DNA of 64,000 nt. Source: an uncultured bacterium (GTDB lineage: Bacteria > Calescibacteriota > Calescibacteriia > Calescibacteriales > Calescibacteriaceae). Within the stretch, counting starts at the first letter, position 1; every line of letters begins with the position of its first letter. The translations under genes and the position numbers were made by a program. The notes beneath the pieces were generated by a model. That model saw only the letters and a list, made by a program, of their open reading frames with translations, was not told the origin of the DNA and did not search any database. Below are positions 47,329-56,805 of the stretch, piece after piece. The DNA lies in NCBI GenBank assembly GCA_964601505.1, contig CAZRNR010000005.1, forward strand, positions 101-64,100, in the 5' to 3' direction.

Positions 47329-48393
47329 TTAAAGAAAATAAGATAAAGAAAGTGCAAGGATATAGGACAAAGAGAAATCTGCGTTAAATATAAACGCTCC
47401 ACCAACATACCACATTGGCCAGAATTCTTTCGGATAGAAATCCGGAGATTCTTCTACCCTACTTGGTTTTGGTTCATCAAGACCCTTGAACATCAATAAG
47501 GCACGGGGAAAAGAAATAAAAGATAAAAGAATTGGATACTCCCGAGTTAAAAAAGCAATAACAATAACAAAAAGATATGGGACGAGAACGAGAATCTTAC
47601 AAAGCTTTTTAGTTTTTTGTTCCCCCAAAATCACTGGTAAAGTTCTGGCCCCTTTTTCCTTATCTTGATCTATTTTGTCAAGGTGTTTCCCAAAGAGAAC
47701 CAAGGAAGAGGTTATTCCATAAGGAACAGACGCTAAAAAAGCTTTGAAATCGAAACTGCCTGTTATTACGAAGAAGCTTCCGCATATCATGATTGGTCCC
47801 CAGACCAGGAAAACAATTAGTTCTCCAAGCCCAATATATTTGAAGCGAAATGGAGGACCGGAATATGAGAAAAGAGCAATAAAACCTAAAAGAGCGAGGA
47901 TTAAAACCCATATACCTCTTTGAAGGAAAAGATAAAAACCACATAAAAAAGCCAAGAATACCAGAACTAATCCAAGAAGTATGGTTCTTCTTTCCCCGAG
48001 AGCAAAAACAGGATGGACACCATAAACATTTCTAAAATAATCAGGAGAATCAACTTTATTTTTGTAATCCCAAAAGTCGTTTATGACATTGCTTGAAGCA
48101 TGCGCTAGGAGAAGACCGGCTGTATTGATAAGAAAAAGATCCAAGTTAAAACTTCCGAAAATACTAGAAAGCAAACCACCAATAACAGCAGAAAAAAGAG
48201 TTATTGGCAAAGATACTAACCTTATTAATCCCAAAATCCTATTTTTCTCAAAACCCGAACTTACTTTCAAAAAATTGCTCCAAAACTTTGCCTCAATAAT
48301 ACCAAAACGGGAATAAAGCATATTATCATTTGTGATTTTAAAAGAAAAGGCTTGCGAAATATAAGAAGCTGAAAGTTCCCAATGTGGAGACAA
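47329..48393 (-). CDS. UbiA-family prenyltransferase (MenA-like)
   Basis: NVINDFWDYKNKVD (NDxxD) and DKIDQDKEKGARTLPVILG second Asp-rich motif; polytopic, 354 aa. Confidence 0.65.
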   Translation of the reverse strand: MSPHWELSASYISQAFSFKITNDNMLYSRFGIIEAKFWSNFLKVSSGFEKNRILGLIRLVSLPITLFSAVIGGLLSSIFGSFNLDLFLINTAGLLLAHASSNVINDFWDYKNKVDSPDYFRNVYGVHPVFALGERRTILLGLVLVFLAFLCGFYLFLQRGIWVLILALLGFIALFSYSGPPFRFKYIGLGELIVFLVWGPIMICGSFFVITGSFDFKAFLASVPYGITSSLVLFGKHLDKIDQDKEKGARTLPVILGEQKTKKLCKILVLVPYLFVIVIAFLTREYPILLSFISFPRALLMFKGLDEPKPSRVEESPDFYPKEFWPMWYVGGAFIFNADFSLSYILALSLSYFL

Positions 48394-48411
48394 ATATCAA
48401 TCATAGAGATT

Positions 48412-50784
48412 TCAGTATTCTTCAAATTCTGGATAGAATGTAAATAGCCCAAGGGAGAAATCAAAAGTTCTAATTTGGTCGTCCTTTTTCTTCAAAATTG
48501 GGATACCAAATGAGAATCTCAGTGGTCCAAATGGAGAAATCCATCTTAACTCAAATCCGGAGGAGACTCTGAAATCAAGTGGATTAATGAAATCTTGTTC
48601 TCTGAAAACTTGACCTATATCAACAAATGGGACAAAAAATAAACCTATTGTTTTTGATATTGGTAAAACAAGGTCAAGATTTGATATGAACATCTTATTT
48701 CCACCAAGAATTATGCTCTTGAATGAATTATTCTGTTCATAGCTTTGTCGTGGTCCGAGAGTAAAGTAGTCAAACCCTCTTACGGTATATATTCCTCCAG
48801 CGAAAAATCTTTCTGGATATGGTAGGAAGCGAGATGATGTAAGACCAAAACCAACACCAAATCTGAATGAAGGAGAAAAAACAGTTCCAAGAACACCAGT
48901 AGGTATGTAGAAAGATGTTATATTTCCGAACTTCACAAAATACATATCACCACCAAAGGCTCCACCTATTTTTGTCCAAAAAGTGATATATCTACCAGCT
49001 GATGGAGAAAGAACATTATTGCGTGTATCGTTTATAACTTCAATGCGTAAGAATCTGGATTGACTTCTTGAAAAGCCAGCACCAGGATCATCTTGGTAAA
49101 GGGGTATACGCTCACCACTCCTGCTATAAACATCTATAACCTCAAAACCCGGATACAAAACGACCTTCGTTCTTCTTGACAAAAACAGACCAAAATTTGG
49201 TTTTGCACCAAGAGTTCTCTTTATAAAAGGTAGGAAAAAGCTCTGATAACTGAAAAGATTTAAACCTGCGATATAATCTGTATCAAATATATGTTCATCA
49301 CGTAGATAGAAGTTGAAAAATGCGATTCCACCACCAAAAAGAACATAGAAACCAAGGTTTTGCCCGAGCCCCCTAAAATTCGCTATGTTCCCCTGAAACA
49401 TAAGAAAAAGTGATTGAGATACGTTTCCGGCTTGAGGAGAAAAGCCTCCTCCAAGAGATACTGCGCCTATCCTTCCTTCCTTTACATTCACATTTATATC
49501 TGCAGAATTACCTTGGAAAAAATATGGGTTGATCTCTACATTCTCAAAATAACCACTTCTCATAAGACGAACATAAGAGTCAAAAAGCATAGTTCTACCA
49601 AAAACTTCTCCCTCCAAAAGAGAGATATCACGCCTTATTACAAAATCCCGAGTTCTTGAGTTCCCCGTTATGTTTATCTTCCTAACGTAATACATACCGC
49701 TCCTTTCTATCTTAAAATCCACCGATACATAACCTGGTTCATCAGATTTTGATATAGAAGGAACAACCATGGTCTGAGCAAATCCGACATCCTGATAAAG
49801 AGATGAGAGCCATTCTATATCCTCAAGAATCTTCTTGCGGGAAGAGAAATCACCTTCCTTTGTTTTAAGATTAGCAAAGATCTGATCCTTCGGGAAAATT
49901 ATATCGCCATACAAACCAATGCTTCTGACCTTATATCTTATTCCTTCGGATACCTTGTATATCAAGATAGCTTCTCTCTTGATTGGATTGAAAAGAACAA
50001 CAGGGCTTTCAGAAATTATATCTAAAAAACCGTTATCAAGATAGATAATTTTCAACTTTGAAGTATCTCTTTGAACTTTTAGCACATCAAATTTTGATTC
50101 TCCTCCGATATCTCTGAGAATACCTTTTTCTTTAGACTCAAATTCTTTTTTTATTTCCTGTTCCGTCAAAGCTTCCGCACCACTTATCAGAATTCTCCTG
50201 ATAGAAAACTTCTGCCCTTCCTTTATCTTTATTGTTAAATTAACTCTGTTTTCAGCTTCTATTCTCTGAACATCTGAAGTAATATCAACAAGGATAAAAC
50301 CTTCCTTTACATATTGTTCTTTTATTTTTTCAATCTGATTCAATATCTTCTGTTCATCAAAAAAATCACCTTTTTTTAGGAATAGAGCATTTTTTAGCGT
50401 TTCCTCTTCAAGCTCATCTCTGCCTTCAATTTTTATATCAGATATTATAGGTTTCTCTTTAAACTTAAATGTGAGAATACCCTCGTCAAAAACTACATCT
50501 ATATCTTCAAAAAAATCAAGCTTGAAAAGCCTTTCAATATCCTTTCTTATTTTTATGCTATCTATTTGTTCTCCGACTTGTGTCATTATGACAGAAACAA
50601 CATACTCCTGACTGACCCTTTCAAGACCCTCTATTCTTATTTCCCTTATGACCTCCTGGTTCGATGCATACAAGATTTTACCGAACGAGAGAAAAAGAAT
50701 AGTTGCTAATAGTATAACGCGCATCTTCTTGAAGATTAATCGGAGTGTTTTCAAATATACAGAATTCAGCTTACCTTTGAGCAA
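48412..50784 (-). CDS. bamA: Outer-membrane protein assembly factor BamA
   Basis: Repeated POTRA modules then a C-terminal beta-barrel (RGF..LGP, GGN.M). The likely true start is the MRVILLATILF Met at 50724. Confidence 0.85.
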   Translation of the reverse strand: MLKGKLNSVYLKTLRLIFKKMRVILLATILFLSFGKILYASNQEVIREIRIEGLERVSQEYVVSVIMTQVGEQIDSIKIRKDIERLFKLDFFEDIDVVFDEGILTFKFKEKPIISDIKIEGRDELEEETLKNALFLKKGDFFDEQKILNQIEKIKEQYVKEGFILVDITSDVQRIEAENRVNLTIKIKEGQKFSIRRILISGAEALTEQEIKKEFESKEKGILRDIGGESKFDVLKVQRDTSKLKIIYLDNGFLDIISESPVVLFNPIKREAILIYKVSEGIRYKVRSIGLYGDIIFPKDQIFANLKTKEGDFSSRKKILEDIEWLSSLYQDVGFAQTMVVPSISKSDEPGYVSVDFKIERSGMYYVRKINITGNSRTRDFVIRRDISLLEGEVFGRTMLFDSYVRLMRSGYFENVEINPYFFQGNSADINVNVKEGRIGAVSLGGGFSPQAGNVSQSLFLMFQGNIANFRGLGQNLGFYVLFGGGIAFFNFYLRDEHIFDTDYIAGLNLFSYQSFFLPFIKRTLGAKPNFGLFLSRRTKVVLYPGFEVIDVYSRSGERIPLYQDDPGAGFSRSQSRFLRIEVINDTRNNVLSPSAGRYITFWTKIGGAFGGDMYFVKFGNITSFYIPTGVLGTVFSPSFRFGVGFGLTSSRFLPYPERFFAGGIYTVRGFDYFTLGPRQSYEQNNSFKSIILGGNKMFISNLDLVLPISKTIGLFFVPFVDIGQVFREQDFINPLDFRVSSGFELRWISPFGPLRFSFGIPILKKKDDQIRTFDFSLGLFTFYPEFEEY

Positions 50785-51613
50785 ATTTCAAGGCACCATA
50801 TGCTCCAGAAAACTCCCCAAGCTTTGCAGAAAGAATATGAAGGCCAGAATATATAGGCTTTATCAGAAAGACTTTAATGAACTCATCTATAAAATCATAG
50901 ACATGGGGGAAGTGATGTATGATACCTCCAGATATAACTATAGCATTTGGGTTGAAGATGTGAGAGAGTATTTGAATAACCTTTGATGTATAAAAGGCAA
51001 ACTTTTTTAGCGATTGTATTGCATATTCTTCACCTTGATTCGCTCTTTTGACTATTTCTTCAGAAGATAAATCTTTATCTGTAATTTCTTTGTAGTATCT
51101 TGAAATAGCTCTTGAAGAGACATATTCTTCAACACACCCATATCTTCCGCAAGAGCAAACACGTGAAGCATCTTCAGTAAGAGGAATATGGCCAATTTCC
51201 ATCGAAATTCCATTGGAACCCAAGAAAGGTTTCCCGTCTATAACCAATCCCCCTCCAAGACCTGTTCCCAAGGTTAAACACACGACAATCCCCTTTTTCA
51301 TCCACTTTCTTGCAGATCCGAAATGAACTTCTCCGTATGCAGCTAATGTTGCGTCGTTAGCGACATAAGTCTTTTTTCCCCTGATACAAATAAATTTACC
51401 ATTTATATATGGTATATTTGGTGATTCGTGAATAAAACCTTTGAGATCAACAAATCCAGCAACCGCTATGCCTACAGAAGTGTAATTTTTTGAAATATCT
51501 CTCAAAACCTTCATCAGATCATCAAAGTTCCCCGGGTTTTTTATTTTGAACTTCCTCTTACGATAATCAACAGCCTTTATATAAGAGCCTCCTATATCTA
51601 TTCCAAGAGCCAT
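50771..51613 (-). CDS. ROK-family sugar kinase (glucokinase-like)
   Basis: LGIDIGGS, LTLGTGLGGG, zinc motif CSCGRYGCVEEY. Confidence 0.8.
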   Translation of the reverse strand: MALGIDIGGSYIKAVDYRKRKFKIKNPGNFDDLMKVLRDISKNYTSVGIAVAGFVDLKGFIHESPNIPYINGKFICIRGKKTYVANDATLAAYGEVHFGSARKWMKKGIVVCLTLGTGLGGGLVIDGKPFLGSNGISMEIGHIPLTEDASRVCSCGRYGCVEEYVSSRAISRYYKEITDKDLSSEEIVKRANQGEEYAIQSLKKFAFYTSKVIQILSHIFNPNAIVISGGIIHHFPHVYDFIDEFIKVFLIKPIYSGLHILSAKLGEFSGAYGALKFAQR

Positions 51614-51699
51614 TCAGTAAAATATATCTTGACTTACAATTTTCTTCAAATGTTCTGGTTTTTTGTAGCCCAAAAGAATGCTTTGCAAAATTTTTCTTC

Positions 51700-52758
51700 A
51701 TGCAATATCCTTTTGCTGAAAAATATGATGCATCAGACTATATAATTTTGAACTCAAACATAAATCCTTTTGGAACATCTCCGTTAGCACTCAAAGCTAT
51801 ATCAGAAAACCTATCAAAAATCAACATGTATCCATCAAGAGAGGAACACGAGAAAGTGAAAAATCAGATTGTTACAAAGATGAAAAGAGAATATATAAAT
51901 GTAAATGAAAAACAAATCGTTCTAGGAAATGGTTCTGATGAGGTCATAGAATTTTTCATAAAATTTGGTATCCGAAAATTCAAAAGGCCAAAGGTAATAG
52001 TTGGAGATAAAACTTTTGCTTTCTACGAATATTGTGCCAGAAGCTATGGACTTGATGTCATAAAAGTTCCGCTAAAGAATTTTGGATACGATACAGAAAA
52101 GATAATTGAAACAGCAAAGAAAAACAGTCCATGTCTCATTATGATATGTAATCCCATAAATCCAACTGGTAAGATAATTCCAAAAAAAGAGCTTGAAGAT
52201 TTTATAAATGAAATTCCTCAGGATTCTTTCCTTCTATCAGACGAAGCATACTTTGAATTTGCATTCTATTTGAACTGTAAAGATTGGAGAGGAGATGATT
52301 ACAGAAGCGCTCTACAGCTCAATATAAAAAGACCTGTCTTTATATCAAGAACATTTTCAAAGGCTTATGGACTTGCCGGATTAAGACTTGGGTATCTAAT
52401 ATGTGATTTTTCAGATGAGATAGAACGTCATATAAGTCCACCATTTAATGTAAATTATCTTGCAATAAAGGCAGGGGAAAAAGCAATTCTTGATATAGAC
52501 TTTCTACAAAAAACAGTTGAAAATAACTACAATGGCTTGAGGATTCTTGAATCTATAGAAGGGGCCATACCATCCTGGGCAAACTTTGTACTTATAAAAG
52601 TAAAGAAAAAAGATATATATAACGAGTTAAAAAACAACAGGATATTGGTTAGGAATATGGAACAATACGGATTTGAAGGTTTCATAAGAGTAAGCGTAGG
52701 CAAGATAGAAGAGATAGAAATATTCCAAAAAATTTTCCGAAAAATATTAAACCAATAG
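51700..52758 (+). CDS. hisC: Class I/II aminotransferase of the HisC/CobD family (histidinol-phosphate aminotransferase-like)
   Basis: LNSNINPFG, CNPINPTG, SRTFSKAYGLAGLRLGY (PLP Lys). HisC and CobD cannot be separated by eye. Confidence 0.6.
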   Translation: MQYPFAEKYDASDYIILNSNINPFGTSPLALKAISENLSKINMYPSREEHEKVKNQIVTKMKREYINVNEKQIVLGNGSDEVIEFFIKFGIRKFKRPKVIVGDKTFAFYEYCARSYGLDVIKVPLKNFGYDTEKIIETAKKNSPCLIMICNPINPTGKIIPKKELEDFINEIPQDSFLLSDEAYFEFAFYLNCKDWRGDDYRSALQLNIKRPVFISRTFSKAYGLAGLRLGYLICDFSDEIERHISPPFNVNYLAIKAGEKAILDIDFLQKTVENNYNGLRILESIEGAIPSWANFVLIKVKKKDIYNELKNNRILVRNMEQYGFEGFIRVSVGKIEEIEIFQKIFRKILNQ

Positions 52759-52795
52759 ATTGAATTGCTAACTATTTATAGTTTGAAAGATAATA

Positions 52796-53977
52796 ATGAT
52801 GAAGAAAAAAAATAAAAAGAAGGAAGTAAAAAGTCAGAATAAAGAGAAAAAAGAAGCGAAGATTAAAAACACCAACGGTAAAATAGAGAGCGCAATAGAT
52901 AATGTTCTTTCAGAAAAACTTAAGATCAAAAAGAGTATAGAGCCCCAGAAAAAAGGAATCAATCATATAAAAGAAAACCTTTCAAAAACTCCATTTGCTT
53001 ACCTTCTAAAAGAGGTATCAAAATATCCTCTGCTGACGCCTGAAGAAGAAAAGAAGCTAGCTACAAGGTTCAAAAAATATGGAGATCGTGAAGCGGCAAA
53101 AAGGTTAGTGCTTGCAAACCTAAGATTTGTCATAAAAATAGCTTTGGATTACAAAAACTGGGGAGTCCCAGTTGAAGATCTCGTTTCTGAGGGAATAGTC
53201 GGCCTCCTGAATGCTATGAAAAAATTTGACCCGAGCAAAGGAGTTAAATTCATCTCTTACGCTTCATACTGGATTAAGGCTTTCATACACAACTATATTC
53301 TTTCTAATTTCTCAATAATAAAGCTCGGGACAACTCAAGATGAAAGAAAAATATTCGCTAACATATTCAAAATAAGAGAGGAAACATATGCAGAGGATGT
53401 AAAAGAACAAGGTAAAAAGCTCGGCGTTGATGAAGAAAAAATAAAACTTATGTCATCCCGCGTAAGGTCAAGAGATATATCTTTGGAAAACCCACAAGAT
53501 GAAGAAGGGAGCCTGAAACTCGCTGACATTTTAAAAGCAGACGAAAGTTACGAGCCTATAACAAGAGTTGAATTAGAGGATTCAAGAGATTTCATTCAGT
53601 CCCGCCTTAATGATGCTTTCTTACACCTCACATCTCAAGAAAGACAAGTAATACAGCAAAGATATCTTAACCCAAGACCTAAAACTTTGAAAGAGCTATC
53701 GGATGAGCTAAAGATATCAAAAGAGAGAATAAGACAGGTTGAAAAAAGAGCATTTCAGAAGTTAAGAACTATCCTTTCAAAATACGCTAAAACCTTTAGA
53801 ATAGATATGCTTAAAGATAAAGTAAGGAGAAAGAGAAGAACGAAAGAAGAAATGGAACTTGCGAGAATGATTCAAGGAGAAATTAAGCAGAAAAAAAAGA
53901 GAAGAAGAAAGACCCTAACAAAAGTAGAACCAACAACAACAGAATTCTTTGACATCAAAGATAAAATGATAGAGTAA
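52796..53977 (+). CDS. rpoH: Sigma-70-family factor, RpoH-like, with Lys-rich N- and C-terminal extensions
   Basis: Region 2 (LRFVIKIALDYKNWGVPVEDLVSEGIVGLLNAMKKFDP), RpoH-box-like TQDERKIFANIFKI, region 4 (LKELSDELKISKERIRQVEKRA); 393 aa. Confidence 0.65.
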   Translation: MMKKKNKKKEVKSQNKEKKEAKIKNTNGKIESAIDNVLSEKLKIKKSIEPQKKGINHIKENLSKTPFAYLLKEVSKYPLLTPEEEKKLATRFKKYGDREAAKRLVLANLRFVIKIALDYKNWGVPVEDLVSEGIVGLLNAMKKFDPSKGVKFISYASYWIKAFIHNYILSNFSIIKLGTTQDERKIFANIFKIREETYAEDVKEQGKKLGVDEEKIKLMSSRVRSRDISLENPQDEEGSLKLADILKADESYEPITRVELEDSRDFIQSRLNDAFLHLTSQERQVIQQRYLNPRPKTLKELSDELKISKERIRQVEKRAFQKLRTILSKYAKTFRIDMLKDKVRRKRRTKEEMELARMIQGEIKQKKKRRRKTLTKVEPTTTEFFDIKDKMIE

Positions 53978-54219
53978 ATAAGATGAAGTTTTGTCGCTGT
54001 CCAAAAGCACAAAACTTTGACGGCTGACCTTTGCGTATTGAAAAGTTATCTTTGATACATCCTGTTTCTAAGGCAATATACTATAGGCTCTGGTGTCCTG
54101 CTCCAACACCAACTACATACCTAACTTCACAAAATACTTTAATAATTTTTGATGACCTGACCGATGTAAGAAGAAACCTTTTCACCTTATCAAAATCTGA
54201 ATGTCAGACTCTAGGTTCT

Positions 54220-54534
54220 CTATAACCACAAAATAATATATAAAGTCATATTTGTTTTCAGATTCAGAGTCAGGAAAAAGATTTTTAAACTATAGTTTTG
54301 GTTCCTGGGGACAATTGAACTACTCCATCTTATATAAGATGGAGCTTCCTGCTTCAACAAGGCTATAAGCCTCTCCACAGTTCGGGTAGTTCCTACCCTA
54401 CCATCATTGACAACCCTTTGGTTATCAGGGTTACATATAATATCCGAAACTGACTTCTTGTCAAGTATTTGTAACTCATCTCCACCCTGTAGAGGATTGA
54501 GACCTCTTGCTAAATTTATGTTAAAGATGAAAAA
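54220..54534 (-). pseudogene. Start-less 104-codon open frame (gene remnant or unannotated gene)
   Basis: I verified codon by codon that there is no stop between TAG (54537-54535) and TAG (54222-54220). No ATG/GTG/TTG occurs in the first 50 codons. G+C is higher than in the flanks. See findings. Confidence 0.4.
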
Positions 54535-54547
54535 CTAATTCCATCAG

Positions 54548-55000
54548 TTATCTTGAAGCGAAAAGGTCAAAACCTACAGATATAGAGAGAATATATCCTC
54601 CAACTGGCCCGATGTGAGCAGAAAATGAAGGTAAGACGAAACCAACAAGTCTCAAGGGGACTATATATGTTCCGATCTTCAGACTAGTAGAGAGCATAAG
54701 GTGAGCATAGTTTTTATTCTTAAAGATTAAAGATGGACCAAGTATCCCACCAAGAGAAGCTGAGAAATTCTCTGAATCAAACCTTAGTCCTAAATCAGCT
54801 CCTAGGGAAAAGATATCTAAAGATGGATAAAAATTAAAGATAGCTCCTGCGTAAAAAGAATCATATTCAGACATACCAAGACCAAATGAAAAAGATGCAG
54901 AATTCTTCTTGCCGTATGCTAAATCTTGGTAAGGGATTGCGATTCCTCCTGAGCCATTTAGATAGAACTTATAGGATAGAACAATCAATAATAGAAACAT
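54548..55000 (-). CDS. Small beta-barrel-like envelope protein (hypothetical)
   Basis: 150 aa; alternating hydrophobic pattern rich in G/S/F/Y; hydrophobic N-terminus. Confidence 0.35.
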   Translation of the reverse strand: MFLLLIVLSYKFYLNGSGGIAIPYQDLAYGKKNSASFSFGLGMSEYDSFYAGAIFNFYPSLDIFSLGADLGLRFDSENFSASLGGILGPSLIFKNKNYAHLMLSTSLKIGTYIVPLRLVGFVLPSFSAHIGPVGGYILSISVGFDLFASR

Positions 55001-55005
55001 AATTT

Positions 55006-55094
55006 ATGGTGGGGAGGAAGGGATTTGAACCCCTGTAGGCGCTAGGGCCACCCGGTTTACAGCCGGGCCCGATTGACCGCTCCGGCACCTCCCC
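55006..55094 (-). tRNA. tRNA-Tyr (anticodon GTA), long variable arm, CCA encoded
   Basis: Hand fold: acceptor GGGGAGG/CCTCCCC, U8, D arm with AGCGG, anticodon stem CCCGG/CCGGG with loop CTGTAAA, ~16-nt variable arm, T arm AGGGG-TTCAAAT-CCCCT, ACCA end. It is a GC-rich island in AT-rich DNA. Confidence 0.85.
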
Positions 55095-55855
55095 TACGCG
55101 GTAGCCATAAATCTCTCAAGTTCTTCGTCCTCTATCTCAAAATTAGACCAGACTTTATTTACATCGTCATGTTCATCAAGTGCTTCCATAAGCTTTAGAG
55201 CACTCTCAGCAACCTTTCCAGAAACCTTGACTGTGTTCTTTGGTATATAAGTCACCTCTGCGGACTCACATACGAAACCAGAATCTTTTAACTTGTTTTT
55301 GAGCTCATCAAAATTTTTCGGTTCGCATATCACATATACATTATCCTTATCTTCGTTTATATCTTCTGCTCCATACTCTATAGCGAAATCTGCAAGCTGA
55401 TTTTTCTTTTCTCCTAATTGAGCTTTTTGGAATGTCAAAACTCCTCTCATCTCAAACATCCATGAAACCGCTCCAGCCTCCGCTAGAGTTCCACCATACT
55501 TTGAGAATATCGCCCTTATCTGCGATGAGGTCCTATTCCTATTATCAGTTATAGCTGAAACATAAAGCGCAACACCCCCCGGACCATATCCCTCAAAAAG
55601 TATCTCTTCAACATTTTCTGCCTCTGTTCCACCAACTGCTTTTTTAATGGCTCTCTCCACATTATCTTTTGGCATATTGAATTCTTTTGCCATTTCTATC
55701 GCAAGTCTCAGCCGAGGGTTATTATCCGGATTTGGCCCCCCTTGTTTAGCTGCAACATATATCTCTCTCATAATCTTTGTAAAAATCTTTCCCCTCTTTT
55801 GATCCTGCGCAGCCTTCTTGTGCTTTATATTATGCCATTTTGAATGACCAGCCAT
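55094..55855 (-). CDS. yebC: YebC/PmpR-family transcriptional regulator
   Basis: MAGHSKWHNIKHKKAAQDQKRGKIFTK...; 253 aa. Confidence 0.9.
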   Translation of the reverse strand: MAGHSKWHNIKHKKAAQDQKRGKIFTKIMREIYVAAKQGGPNPDNNPRLRLAIEMAKEFNMPKDNVERAIKKAVGGTEAENVEEILFEGYGPGGVALYVSAITDNRNRTSSQIRAIFSKYGGTLAEAGAVSWMFEMRGVLTFQKAQLGEKKNQLADFAIEYGAEDINEDKDNVYVICEPKNFDELKNKLKDSGFVCESAEVTYIPKNTVKVSGKVAESALKLMEALDEHDDVNKVWSNFEIEDEELERFMATA

Positions 55856-55984
55856 AATCTAAATTTATATATTCTATACAAAAAAAATACTTCATCCAGA
55901 AAATCCGAAATTTTTTAATCAAAACAATAACATAAATCAAAACAATAATTCAATCACTGAAATCTGGGAAAAATAGCAGAAAAA

Positions 55985-56797
55985 CTATACACCAGAAGGT
56001 AATAAAACCTTAAAACTCGTTCCCCTTCCCAACTGTGATTTGACATCTATATGCCCCCCATGAAGCTGAATTATCTTTTTCACAACACTTAGACCAAGAC
56101 CAGTTCCCTGTGTCTTTGTTGTATAGAAAGGAATGAATATCTTCTGCAATTTATCTTCGGGGATTCCACAACCGGTGTCTTCAAATTCACAAACGATATA
56201 TTTTCCTTCGTCATAAGTTCTCACATATATTTCCCTTTTTTGTGATTTCTCTAAACTTTCTACACCATTCAAAATTATGTTGTAAAAACACCTTTTAAGC
56301 AAAAAGTCATCAGCTTCAACAAAAAGATTTTCAGAATCGTATGACCTATATATTTCAAAATCATAACTGAAGATTTCCTTTAACTCCGAAATCTCCTTTA
56401 TGCAATCCTCAAGAATTGCTTCAATATTTACCCTTTTCCTAATTCCAAGATTTTGCTCCTTAACAAATATACTGGTGTTTGATATTATAGAATCTATCCT
56501 ATTCATAATAGACCTTATAACTTTCATATCCTTACTCTCTTCCAAGTTAAGCGAGAGTATTTTTGACTTCAGAGCAAAGAAAGGATTTTTTATCTCATGC
56601 GTTATGAAAGATGCCATATCTACCATACCTCTGAACTTCTCTTCAAGTAGTAAGTCAGATAGCAAATCTCTAATAGTATCCCCAGATAACCTAAGGCTTA
56701 TCAGACCATCGGAAAAACTAATTTCAACTTCATCCTTCTTTGAGTCATCAATCTCTATTTTGAAATTATCCTTTGATACTACCTTAAAACTCATCAA
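55985..56797 (-). CDS. Soluble sensor histidine kinase (HisKA + HATPase_c)
   Basis: H-box ITHEIKNPFFAL, N/G boxes, GTGLGLSVVKKIIQLHGG. No TM segment and no adjacent response regulator. Confidence 0.8.
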   Translation of the reverse strand: MMSFKVVSKDNFKIEIDDSKKDEVEISFSDGLISLRLSGDTIRDLLSDLLLEEKFRGMVDMASFITHEIKNPFFALKSKILSLNLEESKDMKVIRSIMNRIDSIISNTSIFVKEQNLGIRKRVNIEAILEDCIKEISELKEIFSYDFEIYRSYDSENLFVEADDFLLKRCFYNIILNGVESLEKSQKREIYVRTYDEGKYIVCEFEDTGCGIPEDKLQKIFIPFYTTKTQGTGLGLSVVKKIIQLHGGHIDVKSQLGRGTSFKVLLPSGV

Positions 56798-56805
56798 AAA
56801 AAATT

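Noticed and set aside
54031-54225. 64-aa + strand ORF from the track (MRIEKLSLIHPV...).
   Set aside because: It has a TTG start, no Shine-Dalgarno and an unremarkable composition, and it sits in a region that looks like decayed - strand coding sequence.
54290-54520. GC-richer, hairpin-rich stretch initially suspected to be a structured ncRNA (SRP RNA, 6S, RNase P, tmRNA or a riboswitch).
   Set aside because: None of the diagnostic motifs is present: no GGAAAGTCC for RNase P, no GGUCC-GNRA-GGAAGCAGC helix 8 for SRP, no tRNA-like ends for tmRNA. The stretch turned out to be an uninterrupted reading frame on the - strand, which explains its composition better.
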